A DNA stretch of 64,000 nucleotides, taken from Heteronotia binoei. Taxonomy: Eukaryota. Shown here piece by piece: positions 1 to 11,687 of the stretch. Where the stretch lies: positions 70,990,001-71,054,000 of the forward strand of contig NC_083236.1 in NCBI RefSeq assembly GCF_032191835.1. Direction: 5' to 3'. Numbering within the stretch: position 1 is the first letter of the stretch; each line of letters starts with the position of its first letter. Under the pieces are notes generated by a model. The model was given only the letters and a program-made list of their open reading frames with translations. It was not told the origin of the DNA and ran no database searches. Made by a program: the position numbers and the translations under genes.

Positions 1-114
1 GCAGGGGGCCAAGTCCCAGGGGCCAGGCTCTTTCCACGGTCAGTCAGGCCTAAGAGAGCAGCAAGAGGAACCTGGGACAAAGAGGAGCAAGGATCACAGA
101 AGACTGGCATCTCC

Positions 115-452
115 AAGTCCTTGAAGGGCTGTCCTCTAGAGGATGGTGTGGAATTGTTTCTGTGGCCCCAGAAGGCAGGACCAGAACCAGTGGATTGAAA
201 TTAAGCCAAAAGAGTTTCCGGCTCAACATTAGGAAGAACTTCCTGACTGTTAGAGCGGTTCCTCAGTGGAACAGGCTTCCTCCTTGGGAGGTGGTGGGCT
301 CTCCTTCCTTGGAGGTTTTTCAACAGAGGCTGGATGGCCATCTGACAGCAATGAAGATCCTGTGAATTTAGGGGGAGGGGTTTGTGAGTTTCCTGCATTG
401 TGCAGGGGGTTGGACTAGATGGCCCTGGAGATCCCTTCCAACTCTATGATTT
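115..452 (+). mobile_element. CR1 LINE 3' fragment
   Basis: Encodes ...FRLNIRKNFLTVRAVPQWNRLP...LEVFQQRLDGHL; ends ggttggactagatg...cttccaactctatgatt. Same family on minus at about 4434-4695, 36225-36370 and 57116-57292, and on plus at about 48695-48760. Confidence 0.85.
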
Positions 453-1968
453 CCTTTCAGGCTCCCCAAGGGATGAGGAGCAAGAATGTGGAGTTCCTGC
501 TCAGGATCCAGTTAATGGGGACCCTTTACATCTGCAAAGACAAAGGGCAGGCGTGTTCCGGAGCATGCAGACCTGGCAAACCAAGGCCCCTCTGTCTGTC
601 TGGAGGGAGGGAGGAAGAGGCGGACCTACAGGCCTGGCCCTGACCTGCTAGTAGGCAGGCCAGGCTCCTCGTGGGCAGGGCAGCCGTGCAAGACTCCAGG
701 ACAGGCTGGTCTGCTTGTCCATCCCGAAGGAGACTCAAGGAGCCGACTCTCAGCGAGGAGGCCAACCTCCTCCTCCGTACAAAGGATACGAATAGAAGCG
801 GGAAGGTGAGCCTCCAAGCCTCCTCCGCGGCACGACCTTCCTCCTTCTTTAGAAAGTACTGCTGACCAGAAGGGCGGTCAGAGGATGCGGCTCCGAGACA
901 GGCCAGAGACAAGCCGTCCTCTTAAGTGAGTGGTGGGCGCAGATGATGGAAGGGCTTCCTGCACACCTGCAGCCCAACAGTTTTGCACTCTGGAATGATT
1001 CAGGACTGAGATTTTAACAAGCCCCCCGGTGAGCGACAGCACAGCAACACGGCGAAGCCCAACTGCTTCCACTGCACACACAGTGAGAGGAACATTTCTT
1101 GGGGGAGCATTTCCTTGGGATTATAGACAAGCACAAAAGGAACGGAGCCCTTAGGTGCTGACAGACTGACCAGTGGCGCCTGCGTTGGGGAATTCCTGGA
1201 AACTGGAGGGTGGGGAGGGCAGGGGGCTTCTCAGGGGCAGCCAGTCCTCTCCGGGGGAACAGATCTCTCTTGTTTGGAGATCAGCTATAAATATCCTTGG
1301 AGAACTCCACCTCTTCCCCCCCATGAGGCTGGCAATCCAAGCGGTGTCAGGAGGAATCCAGCGGGCAGCAGACCATGGAGTCAGATTGGTTGGTGCCCTG
1401 GAAGAAAGTGCTCCATCAAAATACCCCCTGGAGATGACATCAAGACTTTTGATCAGTTGACAGCTTTGCCCAGTGTTGGCAATTAGGACAGACACCTGCT
1501 CTCTTGTGCCTTCTTCTCCTTGCCCATGGCGTGTGCCATCCCACAAAAAAAGAACCACTCTTACTGGTCAGATGGTGCCACGCAGGCCCTTGGGAAATCT
1601 CTCTCTGGCTCATGCACTGTGCCAAATCCGGATACGTACACTCTTCTTCTCCCCCTCCCCCACAAAAAAAATCTGTGCCAATTCTCAGGCATTCCACAGG
1701 AATAAGCATATTGCACCAGAAACAACTGGCAGCGCCCCCACCCGTGTGCCCCCCTCCCCCTCTGGCAAAGAGGATGTTGGTGCCACATTCCAGGATTCCT
1801 TACAAGTACACCCAGGAAGGAAACAAGCCCTTCTGCCATGACTTCTCAAGCAGTGCATGCACACAGGCCCTCTCTGCTCCCCATAAGCTGGTGTACATAC
1901 ATATTTATTTATTTATTTATTTAATTTATATCCCACCCTACCCCACCGAAGCGGGCTCAGGGCAGCTT

Positions 1969-2180
1969 ACATATGAAGCTGCCTTATACTGAATCAGACC
2001 CTCAGTCCATCAAAGTCAGTTTTGTCTACTCACTGGCAGCGGCTCTCCAGGGTCTCAAACTCCAGGGGGTATTTTTCACGCCTATTTGCCTGGACCCTTT
2101 TTTTGTTGGAGATGCCGGGGATTGAACCTGGGACCTCCTGCTTACCAAGCAGATGCTCTAGCACTGAGCCACCGCCCCTC
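1969..2180 (-). mobile_element. tRNA-derived SINE with (TTCATATG)n tail (family A)
   Basis: Reverse complement reads GGTGGCTCAGTG-TAGAGCATCTGCTTGGTAAGCAG...GGTTCAATCCC (Pol III A/B boxes). Confidence 0.85.
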
Positions 2181-2852
2181 CCCCTCAGCAGATCCCATTG
2201 GCTGCATCCTTGTTCCCCTCTCATCAATACACTAGTCCCTCTCTTCCCACATTTGCTTCCTTGCTCCAGCAAATATTAAAGAATCCAGAGTATCTCTGCA
2301 GCTGAAATCTGTATTCACAGTGCGTTTGTCCAGAAATTGCTAATTAGCACAAGATGTTCCCAGGGTGAATCCTAGCATTGAAAACAAGCTCCGAGGGCCC
2401 TGCTCAGAGACGCTAAGGAGCCCAGGAGCAAAAGCCCTTCTTCTCTGGTGGCAGGCCGGCTGGGCTGCACAGATGGGCAGATGGGCTGTTATTGTCAGAC
2501 TTCTGCTGGGGCATCTCTGCACGCTGGATGAGCAGAGTAAAAGGTCCTTTTGTTTCCTGGCTGCCTCTCTCCCCAGCACAGGCCCGGCTGTGGCAAGGGT
2601 GGAGTTCATCATGGATTTCCAATCGAATGCGGGGGGAGAGTTGAAATGTTCCTCTCTGTGGCACAGGGGAAAGGCAGCCTTCAGCCTCGTTGCAAAGAGG
2701 ACTGCCGCTTTGCCACAAGGTGTGCAGGGATTTGCCATCCCTTGGAGGCTGCAGAGAGCGGCACGTGTTGTGCCTCTTCCAAAATGAGGACAACACCTCC
2801 CTGCGTGGCAGATGCTTTTCTAGAGTTGAGCCCACTAAAGTTCATGCTCCAG

Positions 2853-3420
2853 TAAGAACATCAGAAGAGCCTTGCTGGATCAGACGAGGTGCTCATTTTG
2901 AGTCCAGCATCCTGTTCCACACAGTAGCCAACCAGTTCTTCTAGAGGGCCAACGTCAGGCCAGAGAGGCTGAGGCCTTCCCCTGGTGTTGCCTTCTGGCT
3001 CCGGGATTCAGAGTTTTTTGTGCCTCGGAAAGTGAAGGTTCCCCTCAGTCACCACAGCTAGCCGCCACTGATAGACCTCTCTTCCACAAATCTGTCTAAT
3101 CCCCTCTGAAAGCTGTTGACTCCTGTGACCATCGTTACATCCTCTGGCAGTGACTTCCACATTTGAATCATTGTCTGTGTAAAGTAGTACATTTTATCCA
3201 CCCTGAACTTATTGGCTTCATTGGATGCCCTTAAATTCTAGTATTTTGGGAGAGAGAAAAAATCCTCTTTACCCTTCTGTATCACTTTACAAATCTCTAT
3301 CATTCCTCCTCTTTTCTAAACTGGAAAGTCCTTGAATCTCCAACCCTCTAATCATCTTGGTGGCTCTTTTCGGCAAGTTTTCCAGCTCTGCAACGTCCTT
3401 TTTGAGAAACAATAAAACAT
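2853..3420 (-). mobile_element. Degenerate CR1 LINE 3' fragment
   Basis: Minus ORF DVAELENLPKRATKMIRGLE...LEKRR; CR1-like tail near 2853. Confidence 0.65.
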
Positions 3421-3565
3421 CTTCCTCTTGAAGGCGACACACAACTCTCTGCCTTGAGTTTCCCTCCAAAAACCACTGACCCAGGGAGGGCTTTGCCTGT
3501 GCGGCTGAGGGGCTTTTCGTGATAAGCAACAGCTGAAGCTGAGAGCAGATTTTTTTTGGGGGGGC

Positions 3566-4437
3566 CACTGTGTGACACAGAGTGTTGGACTGGAGGGGCC
3601 ACTGGCCTGATCCAACAGGGCTTCTCTTATGTTCTTCTGTGACTCAGAGTGTTGGACTGGAGGGGCCACTGGCCTGATCCAACAGGGCTTCTCTTATGTT
3701 CTTATGTGACACAGAGTGTTGGACTGGAGGGGCCACTGGCCTGATCCAACAGGGCTTCTCTTATGTTCTTATGTGACACAGAGTGTTGGACTGGATGGGC
3801 CACTGGCCTGATCCAACAGGGCTTCTCTTATGTTCTTCTGTGACACAGAGTGTTGGACTGGATGGGCCATTGGCCTGATCCAACAGGGCTTCTCTTATGT
3901 TCTTATGTGACACAGAGTGTTGGACTGGAGGGGCCATTGGCCTGATCCAACAGGGCTTCTCTTATGTTCTTATGTGACACTGAGTGTTGGACTGGATGGG
4001 CCACTGGCCTGATCCAACAGGGCTTCTCTTATGTTCTTCTGTGACACAGAGTGTTGGACTGGATGGGCCATTGGCCTGATCCAACAGGGCTTCTCTTATG
4101 TTCTTATGTGACACAGAGTGTTGGACTGGAGGGGCCATTGGCCTGATCCAACAGGGCTTCTCTTATGTTCTTCTCTTATGTGACAGAGAGTGTTGGATTG
4201 GATGGGTCATTGGCCTGATCCAACAGGGCTTCTCTTATGTTCTTCTGTGACACAGAGTGTTGGACTGGATGGGTCATTGGCCTGATCCAACAGGGCTTCT
4301 CTTATGTTCTTATGTGACACAGAGTGTTGGACTGGAGGGGCCACTGGCCTGATCCAACAGGGCTTCTCTTATGTGAGACAGAGTGTTGGACTGGATGGGC
4401 CACTGGCCTGATCCAACATGGCTTCTCTTATGTTCTT
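3566..4437 (+). repeat. Tandem array, about 13 copies of a 67-bp CR1 3'-terminus unit
   Basis: Unit gtgacacagagtgttggactggaggggccactggcctgatccaacagggcttctcttatgttcttat recurs every ~67 nt. Confidence 0.95.
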
Positions 4438-6935
4438 GGAAGGGACCTCTAGGGTCATCTAGTCCAACCCCCTGCACAATGCAGGAAACTCATAAACACC
4501 TCCCCCTAAATTCACAGGATCTTCATTGCTGTCAGATGGCCATCTAGTCTCTGTTTAAAAACCTCCAAGGAAGGAGAGCCCACCACCTCCCCAGGAGGAA
4601 GCCTGTTCCACTGAGGAACTGCTCTAACAGTCAGGAAGTTCTTCCTAATGTTGAGCCGGAAACTCTTTTGATTTAATTTCAACCCACTGGTTCTGATCAC
4701 AGTTCTAAGTGGCTCTCTAACTAATGGGGCACTGACTTTCCTGAGAACCATCATGAATGATGCAAAGATCTTCTTTTGAGAATGCATTCCCTGCTCTAGC
4801 TAGGTTTTTTGCATTTATCCCCCCCCCAATAAACCTTTCCCCTTTGCTTAACTGTATTTAAGCTGCTTGGATGTGAGTTCTTAGTGGGGTGGGGGACACT
4901 GGAAAGTGCCCTTGGTGTGGCCCCCCATACAGACGTAGGTTGTGGGTGGGGTTAGCCCTTCCCAACTCTATGTGGGACCAGGTGGGCAGCTGTGTTGGTT
5001 GCAAGAGAATGAGTCTAGTGGCCCCTTTCAAGATCAACAAAGTTGAATTCTAGCTATCAGCTTTTGTGAGCCTGCTGGGTTCAAAGTCGCTCAGGTGACA
5101 GCCGAAGGAGTCAGGTGGGTTCAACTGGACCTGCTCTTGGGTCTCCAGTGAAGCTGAAATGAAGCCAGGTGAAGAAGTTCTCCATCCTTGACAAAACCTC
5201 AGAATTTGGGTTCAGATTTTCAAAGTTTTGAAACTTGCTTTAAAAAAAGCAGCTGGGTCATGGTGGGGAACAAGAAGAAAGTGCTGGGCTTGCCAAGCCC
5301 CAGAGCTCTCGCCCCCCCTTTTATTGCACCCTTTTCCGTAAGGAGCTCAAGGCAGCCTCCACAGAGGCACCTGTCTTCCTCTCTGAGACGGAGGCTGGGC
5401 CAAGGTCACTGGGGGATTTGAACCTGGGCCTCTGGCTTCGGTCCAGCCTTCTAACCACAACCACTGCTAGCGCTAGGTGGAAAAACAGAATGACACAAGC
5501 CCTCAGGCTGCAAAGAGGTTTTCTGGGAATTCAGATGAGTACATGAAGCCACATTTCCTGGAGTCAGACCCTCTCGTCTCCTCAGAAAGGCCTTTTGCAC
5601 CCTCTCCTCCCAGCCACGCCTTCCAGGCTGCCTCCCCCGTTGGGAGCCCCCTCCCCCTGCACTGCGGGCTCTGCTCTCCACGCCTGCTCTGGCCCACCCC
5701 CGCTGCTTGGCCACTGAAGGAGGGGCCGCGAGGGATTGGGGCTCTTCCCAGCCCTGCTGACTCACAGCCTAATCGGAGGGGGCGGGGGGTTAGGGTTAGG
5801 GGCTAGCCAGACAGCTGCTGCCCGGCAGAGCCAGGGTCTTGGCAAAGGAGGATGTCCCCTTCCCCAGTCAAGAGCTCCACAGCTGTGGGTGTGTCCAGAG
5901 CACAGGCAGCTGGCTGGCACCCTTTCACGGGAGAGAGGAAACCTCTACAGCTGTCCAGGGGGATGCTCTTGGGTCTGGAGGCTGTGTCCAGCGCTGGGAA
6001 AGGTCTGCAGCCAAGCCAGCCGGTCTGTGGGTCTGTTCAGCTGAGGGGGGCTGTGGGGTGACCCAATCTGTGGCCTGTGGGGCCTGTGATCATTGAGCCG
6101 GGGGCTTCAGGGCCCCCCGTGGGGCAGGTCCTGCCAGTCTGCCAGGGAGGGGGGTTGTCTAGCATCCGGCAGGACACAAGACGCCAGCAGGGTGTTTGGC
6201 TCAGCAGGGGACACTTTGGGTTGGAGCCCTAAAGCCAGCAGTGCTCTCGTGCTGGTGGGCATTCCCCACAGGGCAGAAGAACAGCGGGCACTGGGCACAG
6301 CGGGCACTGGGCACAGAAAAGAATCCACGGTCTTGCCCTGGGGTAAAGTCAGCGTTCACGTTGCTACCTGAGCTACTGGCCTTACCTCTTCTGGGTCTCA
6401 GTGGTGGCTGCACGGGGCACTCCAGCTGTGCCAGTCCTGGGGTGCCCTGCATGCTTCCAGATGTTGGGGGGCTTCCCCACGCCAGCTGGGCTGGGCTGCC
6501 TCGTGCAGCATCTTGTGCAAGGAGCCCCCTCCCCTTGAAGTGCAAAAGAGCCACAACTCCTTCCAGGCGGTGTGCAAGCCATGACCTCACAAACAGCGCC
6601 TGGCAGGTGAAGACACCTGGCTGCCCCTCCCCCCTTCCCTCTTGCAAAGTCGCCTGGCGCACCAGGGATGGATGGAGCGGGGGGGGGCTTTGTAGTCCCA
6701 CCTTGCCGGGGGGTTTTTTTTGGGGGGGAGCTGTCCTCCAGGGGCCATCTTTCCTGACCACTGAGGAGGCTCAGGCAGCTCAAGCAACGCCCCTTTGCTC
6801 CCCCTCTGGGCTTGTGGTGGTGGGCTGCTCGGGGCAGGGGCTCGGCTGGCTTCCCCGGCTGGCTGCAGCTCTGCCACCCTCGCCTCCCCCGCTCCGGGTC
6901 CAGCAGAAGCCGCTGCCGGCCGGGGTCCTCCTTAC

Positions 6936-6966
6936 CCGTCGTGGCGGGCCCTCCCGGCGCCTCCAT
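6936..6966 (-). CDS. DBNDD1: Dysbindin domain-containing 1, first coding exon (MEAPGGPATT-G); rest of gene not found, probably left of the window
   Basis: ATG at 6966, 31 coding nt, then GTAAGG donor. Peptide resembles human MEPPEGAGTG (recalled). Head-to-head with GAS8 as in human. Confidence 0.8.
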
Positions 6967-6980
6967 CCGCCCGGGCTGCA

Positions 6981-7035
6981 GCCGCCGCCGCCGCCTCCTC
7001 CGCTCGGCCCACTGCAGCAGCAGCAGCAGCAGCAG
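6981..7035. repeat. (GCC)5 and (CAG)7 trinucleotide tracts upstream of the DBNDD1 ATG
   Basis: Read directly at 6981-6995 and 7015-7035. Confidence 0.9.
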
Positions 7036-7688
7036 CGCTCATCGCCGGCCAGGAGGGGCCCGCCGCGCCGGAGCAGCCCCCGGGCACAGCCCCGCGCCCC
7101 CGCCGCCGACCACAGGGGCGGGCCCCGAGCTCCAGCCGCAGCCGCGCCCCGACGGGGGGGAGGAGGAGGAGAGGGGGCGGGGCCGGCCGCAGAGCCCCTC
7201 CCCTCCCCTCCCCTCCCTTCCCCGGCTGGCGAGCCTCCAGCGCCCGGGGCAGGCAGGCAGGCAGGCCGCCTCGGAGCGAGCAGCGCCCCGTCCAGCAGCA
7301 GGGCGCCTCCCTCCCTGCTCCCTCCTGACCCAGCCAAGGCTGGAGCCGGCCCGCCGAGGGAGTCTTGGAGGGCGGGCAGCCCCGGCTAAGGAAAGGCGCC
7401 GCCCCCGCCCTGCAGGGCTGTTGCGAGGACCACCCCGAGGTGCTGCCGCCAGCCTCTCCCCACGTGCGCCCCGTCTGGGCGGGCCCGCGGTTGGGCTAGA
7501 TGACCCTGGAGGCCCCTTCCCCTCGGCGATGCTCCGGCGCTGCTGCCCCACGGAGGGGGGAGCCGCGCTCCCGATCAGCTCCCGGAGCCCCCCGACGGCC
7601 GCGGGCTCAGCAGAAGAGGCGGGGCGAGGGGCGGGGCCTCTGCCCAGCTAGCCCCGCCCCCGGCTGCTGGAGGCGGGCCCGAGCGAGC

Positions 7689-7698
7689 TCTCGCGAGA
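7689..7698. promoter_or_regulatory. TCTCGCGAGA palindrome (BANP / M8 CpG-island motif)
   Basis: Perfect 10-bp palindrome 80 nt upstream of the GAS8 ATG. Confidence 0.65.
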
Positions 7699-7709
7699 CC
7701 CGGGCGGCG

Positions 7710-7722
7710 GTTGCCGGGCGAC
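7710..7722. promoter_or_regulatory. RFX X-box-like motif GTTGCCGGGCGAC
   Basis: Near-match to GTNRCC(N0-3)RGYAAC in the promoter of a motile-cilia gene. Confidence 0.55.
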
Positions 7723-7777
7723 GCGGAGACTCCGCCAAAAAGGGCGGCCGACGAGGGGGGCCTCTTCAGCCGCCGAA

Positions 7778-7780
7778 ATG
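7778..7780 (+). CDS. GAS8: GAS8/DRC4 exon 1 (ATG only)
   Basis: ccgaaATG|gtgagt; in frame with exon 2. Confidence 0.9.
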
Positions 7781-7984
7781 GTGAGTCCCCCGACGGGGCA
7801 GAGAAGCGCGCTTTGCACGCGCTCAGAGGGCTCCTTGCGGCCGGGATCGCCCTGCAGGAGGGGCTGGCTGTCAAAGCGGGAGATCTCCAGGCCCCACCTG
7901 GAGGCTGGCAACCCCACTGCGGGCAGGGCGGGCGGGCTGGTTGGCTGCGCGGAGGTTTTAGGAAGGGTTGGGGCGGCCAGAGGC

Positions 7985-8825
7985 ATGAACATATGAAGCT
8001 GCCTCCAGGGTCTGCAGCTGAGCTTTCCCACGCCCACTTGCCTGGAGCCCTTTTCAGTTGGAGAGTCCGGGGATTGAACCTGGGACCTGCTGTTTACCAA
8101 GCAGATGCTCTACCACTGAGCCACTGTCCCTCCCCTAGTAACACAACATATGAAGCTGCCCTCTACTGAATCAGACCCCCCCTGGGTCCATCAAAGTCAG
8201 TCTTGGCTACTCAGACTGGCAGTGGCTCTCCAGGGTCTCCAGCTGAGATTTTTCACATCTATTTGCCTGGACCCTTTTAAGTTGGAGATGCCAGGGATTG
8301 AACCTGGGACCTTCTGCTTACAAAGCAGATGCTCTACCACTGAGCCACCATCCCTCCCCAAATATGAACATATGAAGCTGCCCTCTACTGAATCAGACCC
8401 CCCTTGGTCCATCAAAGTCAATATTGTCTACTCAGACTGGCAGCGGCTCTCCAGGGTCTCCAGCTGAGGTTTTTCACGCCTACTTGGCTGGACGCTCTTT
8501 AGTTGGAGATGCCAGGGATTGAACCTGGGATCTCCTGCTTACCAAGCAGATGCTCTACCACTGAGCCACCATCCCTCCCCTAAAGGTTTTGGGAGATCCA
8601 TTGTTCATATGAACATATGAAGCTGCCATCTACTGAATCAGACCTCCCTTGGTCCATCAAAGTCAGTCTTGTCTACTCAGACTGGCAGTGGCTCTCCAGG
8701 GTCTCAAGCTGAGGTTTTCACACCTACTTGCCTGGACCCTTTTTAGTTGGAAATGCCAGGGATTGAACCCGGGACCTTCCGCTTACCAAGCAGATGCTCT
8801 ACCACTGAGCCATCATCCCTCCCCC
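7985..8825 (-). mobile_element. Four head-to-tail family A SINEs in GAS8 intron 1
   Basis: catatgaagctgcc...ccactgagcc unit repeated at about 7987, 8146, 8367 and 8612. Confidence 0.9.
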
Positions 8826-8868
8826 CAGCCCTACCCCTGAGCTGGATGCTGCTCTCTTTCTTCCCCAG

Positions 8869-8979
8869 GCGCCTAAAAAGAAAGCTGGAGAGAAGAAGGC
8901 TGGCGGTGGCAAGAAAAAAGCGGGGAAGAGCTCCCCAGTGGTAGACGCCCTCCCTCCAGAGGGCATGAGCAAAGAGCAG
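8869..8979 (+). CDS. GAS8: GAS8 exon 2 (APKKKAGEKK...PEGMSKEQ)
   Basis: ttccccag acceptor, gtaaga donor, 111 nt; resembles human MAPKKKGKK...EDMSKEQ. Confidence 0.95.
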
Positions 8980-9269
8980 GTAAGAATGAAGGGGGGGGGG
9001 CGACAACAGCTGAGCAAAGCAACCTCGGAAGAACAATCCAAGCCTTGTTGACAGGAAAACTCCTACACAAGGTTGTAAAAATGCTCTGGAATTTTGCATT
9101 GAGGATTGGTCTGTTGCTGCAGTTAACCTGGGTGAAAAACCTAGCCGGAACTATATAGGAAGAGCCATTGAGAGATTCCCTCATCCCACTACTGCTTGTG
9201 GAATCTGCCTTTTCTGGCCATTCTGATGTTTCATCTTGGGGCAGTGATGTAGGAAGTCCTTGCCCTGGA

Positions 9270-10280
9270 TATATTTTTTTAAATGTATAAACAATGTTAT
9301 TATTCTGCAATATATTGTAACAATAATATTTGTCTATTAATTAAAACTTCATACCAATACATTACATTTTCCACCTCCCTCCCCCCCTTTTCGTGACCTC
9401 CACCTGTGCATTTTAAAAATTACTAAACAAACTAAAAGGTAATTTTCAATTTAAGAATCTTCATAAAAAACCCAAAAAACACTATAATATACCTATAATA
9501 GAATAACTTTTCCTTTTAACTATAAGTCTTATCAAACTAAGTTAAAAAGAATAAAAAAGTTAATGTTTCATTTATTAACTGTAGTCCATTCGTTATCTCT
9601 CTAGCATTCAACTGTTATCAAAATCACCAAATGTCCTTTAACTTTCCATTGTTTTTCAACATATTTTTGAAATTTTCCCCACTCAGTTTTGAATTTCTCT
9701 AAATCATGTTGTTTTAAGATTCTTGTAAGCTTGTCCATTTCACTTCAGTGCATAACTTTAATAATCCAGTCCCACTTTTCTGGTATTTTATCTTGCTTCC
9801 ACATCTCTGCATATAATGTACTTGCAGCTGAAAGCATGTACCAAATTGTCGTTCTATCTTGTTTCGGAAATTTTTCCATTTGTAATCCCAACAAAAAGAG
9901 TTCTGGTGCCTTCTTAATGTTATATCCCAAAATATTTGAAATCTCTTACTGAATCACTTGCCAAAATTGTTTTGCCATTTCACAAGTCCACCACATATAG
10001 TAGAAAGATCCTTCATGTTTTTTTACATTTCCAACACCTATCCGACACTTGATTGTTCATTTTTGACAGTTTCTTAGGTGTCATATACCACTTGTAAAGC
10101 ATTTTAAAACAGTTTTCTTTTATATTATTACATGTTGATATCTTCATAGAGTTCTTCCATAAGTACTCCCATTGTTCCATCTGTATTTCTTTATTTATAT
10201 TGATTGCCCATTTTACCATTTGAGATTTTACTACTTCATCTTCTGTAAAATCTCAAATGATAAAATGGGCGATCAACATG
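9270..10280 (-). mobile_element. 5'-truncated L1-type LINE (ORF2 C-terminus) with short terminal inversion
   Basis: AT-rich; minus ORFs KWAININKEI...CWKCKK and GYNIKKAPELFLLG...KWDWI match the plus-strand L1 at 30600-31250. Confidence 0.85.
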
Positions 10281-10819
10281 GATTTTGGTCCCTCTAGCCA
10301 AGGGCACGGAGACCATGGAGACTGTCTGGTCCTTGTTGTCGTCCTACCTGGCTTCTGGGCTTCCCTCCTTGTCCTCAAGTGTTTCTAATAAGCCCTGCTT
10401 GGATGCTGTGGCTCTGAGCCAGAAGCAGCCAGCTCTAGAGGTCATCCTTATCTGCAGAGGTTGGGTCCCTTCCTGCTTCCACTGTGCCCTGCTCCATGTT
10501 ATTTAAAAATGAGCTGCTCATGTAGCTAAAAGTACAGTTTGGAGAACGAACACAGTTTAAATTGAGCGGCCCCTTTGAGGCCAAGAAAGTTTTATTCAAG
10601 GTATAAACTTCTGTGTGCAAGCACCCTTCTTCCAGTTCCTTAGGTTTCAAGCATGGTTATTTCAAAGCATTAGAGAAAAGGTTTTGCTTTTCTTCCAAAG
10701 ATGCTTTTGGAACGTTCTTCTGTATGCGTTTAGTTGACAAGCACCTTCAATTGTTTCCAGGAAACATATTAGCATCACTGTGTTATAGGATTATTGTAAA
10801 AAAGAAGATACCTTCTTAG

Positions 10820-11120
10820 ACAATGAGTGGAATTCTGTGCCAGAGGAAATAGCGATGGCCACAGGAATAACCAGCTGTAAAAGGGATTAGACAGATGCTT
10901 GAAGGAGTGGTCTGTCAGTAGCTACTGGTGACTGAAGGGAACTTCCCTGTCCAGAGGCAGTAAACCTCTGAATCCCAGAGCCAAGAGGCAACATCAGGGG
11001 AAGACCTTGGCCTCTGTCCTTCTTCATTTGGCCCTCCAGGGCAACTGGTTGGCTGCTGTGTGAGACCGGATGTTGCACTACGTGGCTCATGGGTCTGACT
11101 CAGCCGGGGTCTTCTGATGT
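10820..11120 (+). mobile_element. Old CR1 3' fragment
   Basis: tgccagaggaaatagcgatggcc...aaaagggattagacag...ggtctgactcagc...cttctgatgtt. Confidence 0.55.
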
Positions 11121-11489
11121 TAATTAGCTCATTCCCCCAAGACCAGGCTGCAGGGATGCTGCTGCACGGGGTGCCAGTTTACGTTCCCCAGGACAGCCCC
11201 CCTAGAGAGGATTACAGTTGTCTGGTCCAGAAGTAACTGAAGTCTGGACTAGTGAGGCCAGATCAGCAGAATCCAGAAGGTGAGAGGGCTTTTGATCCGG
11301 AGGTGGTAGAAGGCACCCTTGCATTCTTTCTGCAGTGGAGTTGTCGGCAGCGTGTGCCAGGTCCCGGAAAAGGCCTTGGCGTGGATAGTTGGAGAAAGAG
11401 TCCTTAGATCCCCCTAAGGGTACCAGCTTTGGCGAGTAGGAGCTCTCAGCCCTGCCTTCTGCTGACCGCTCTCTTGGTGGGCCTTGCAG

Positions 11490-11687
11490 TTGGAGGACCA
11501 CATTGTGCGTCTGCGGGAGGAGCTGGACCGTGAGCGGGAGGAGCGCAACTACTTCCAGCTGGAGCGGGACAAGATCCACACCTTCTGGGAGATCACTCGA
11601 CGGCAGCTCGATGAGAAGAAGGCGGAGTTGCGCAACAAGGACCGGGAGATGGAGGAGGCCGAGGAGCGGCACCAAGTGGAGATCAAG
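11490..11687 (+). CDS. GAS8: GAS8 exon 3 ([28 protein letters not shown]...VEIK)
   Basis: 198 nt; ends at a non-canonical GC donor (AAG|gcaaga). Confidence 0.95.

Larger units (their letters stand above)
6840..7980. promoter_or_regulatory. CpG island, bidirectional DBNDD1/GAS8 promoter
   Basis: Very GC- and CpG-rich with GC boxes (GGGGCGGGG near 7630); divergent ATGs at 6966 (-) and 7778 (+). Confidence 0.85.

Noticed and set aside
626-817. Minus ORF containing TEEEVG, similar to DBNDD1 exon 2
   Set aside because: The rest of the peptide and the splice context do not match (no PAPGLLQVTERR).
2100-2180. tRNA-like sequences (also 8060-8830, 18260-18550, SINE B heads)
   Set aside because: They are SINE heads fused to repeat bodies and lack complete cloverleaf structure, so they are not called as tRNA genes.
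3566-4437. CRISPR-like appearance of regular arrays (also 33826-34500)
   Set aside because: Pure tandem repeats without unique spacers, in a vertebrate genome, derived from CR1 or SINE sequence.
6196-7651. Long ORFs (397, 279, 185 aa) over the CpG island
   Set aside because: Low-complexity Pro/Gly/Ala/Arg products expected from GC-rich DNA; they overlap the real DBNDD1 exon in other frames.
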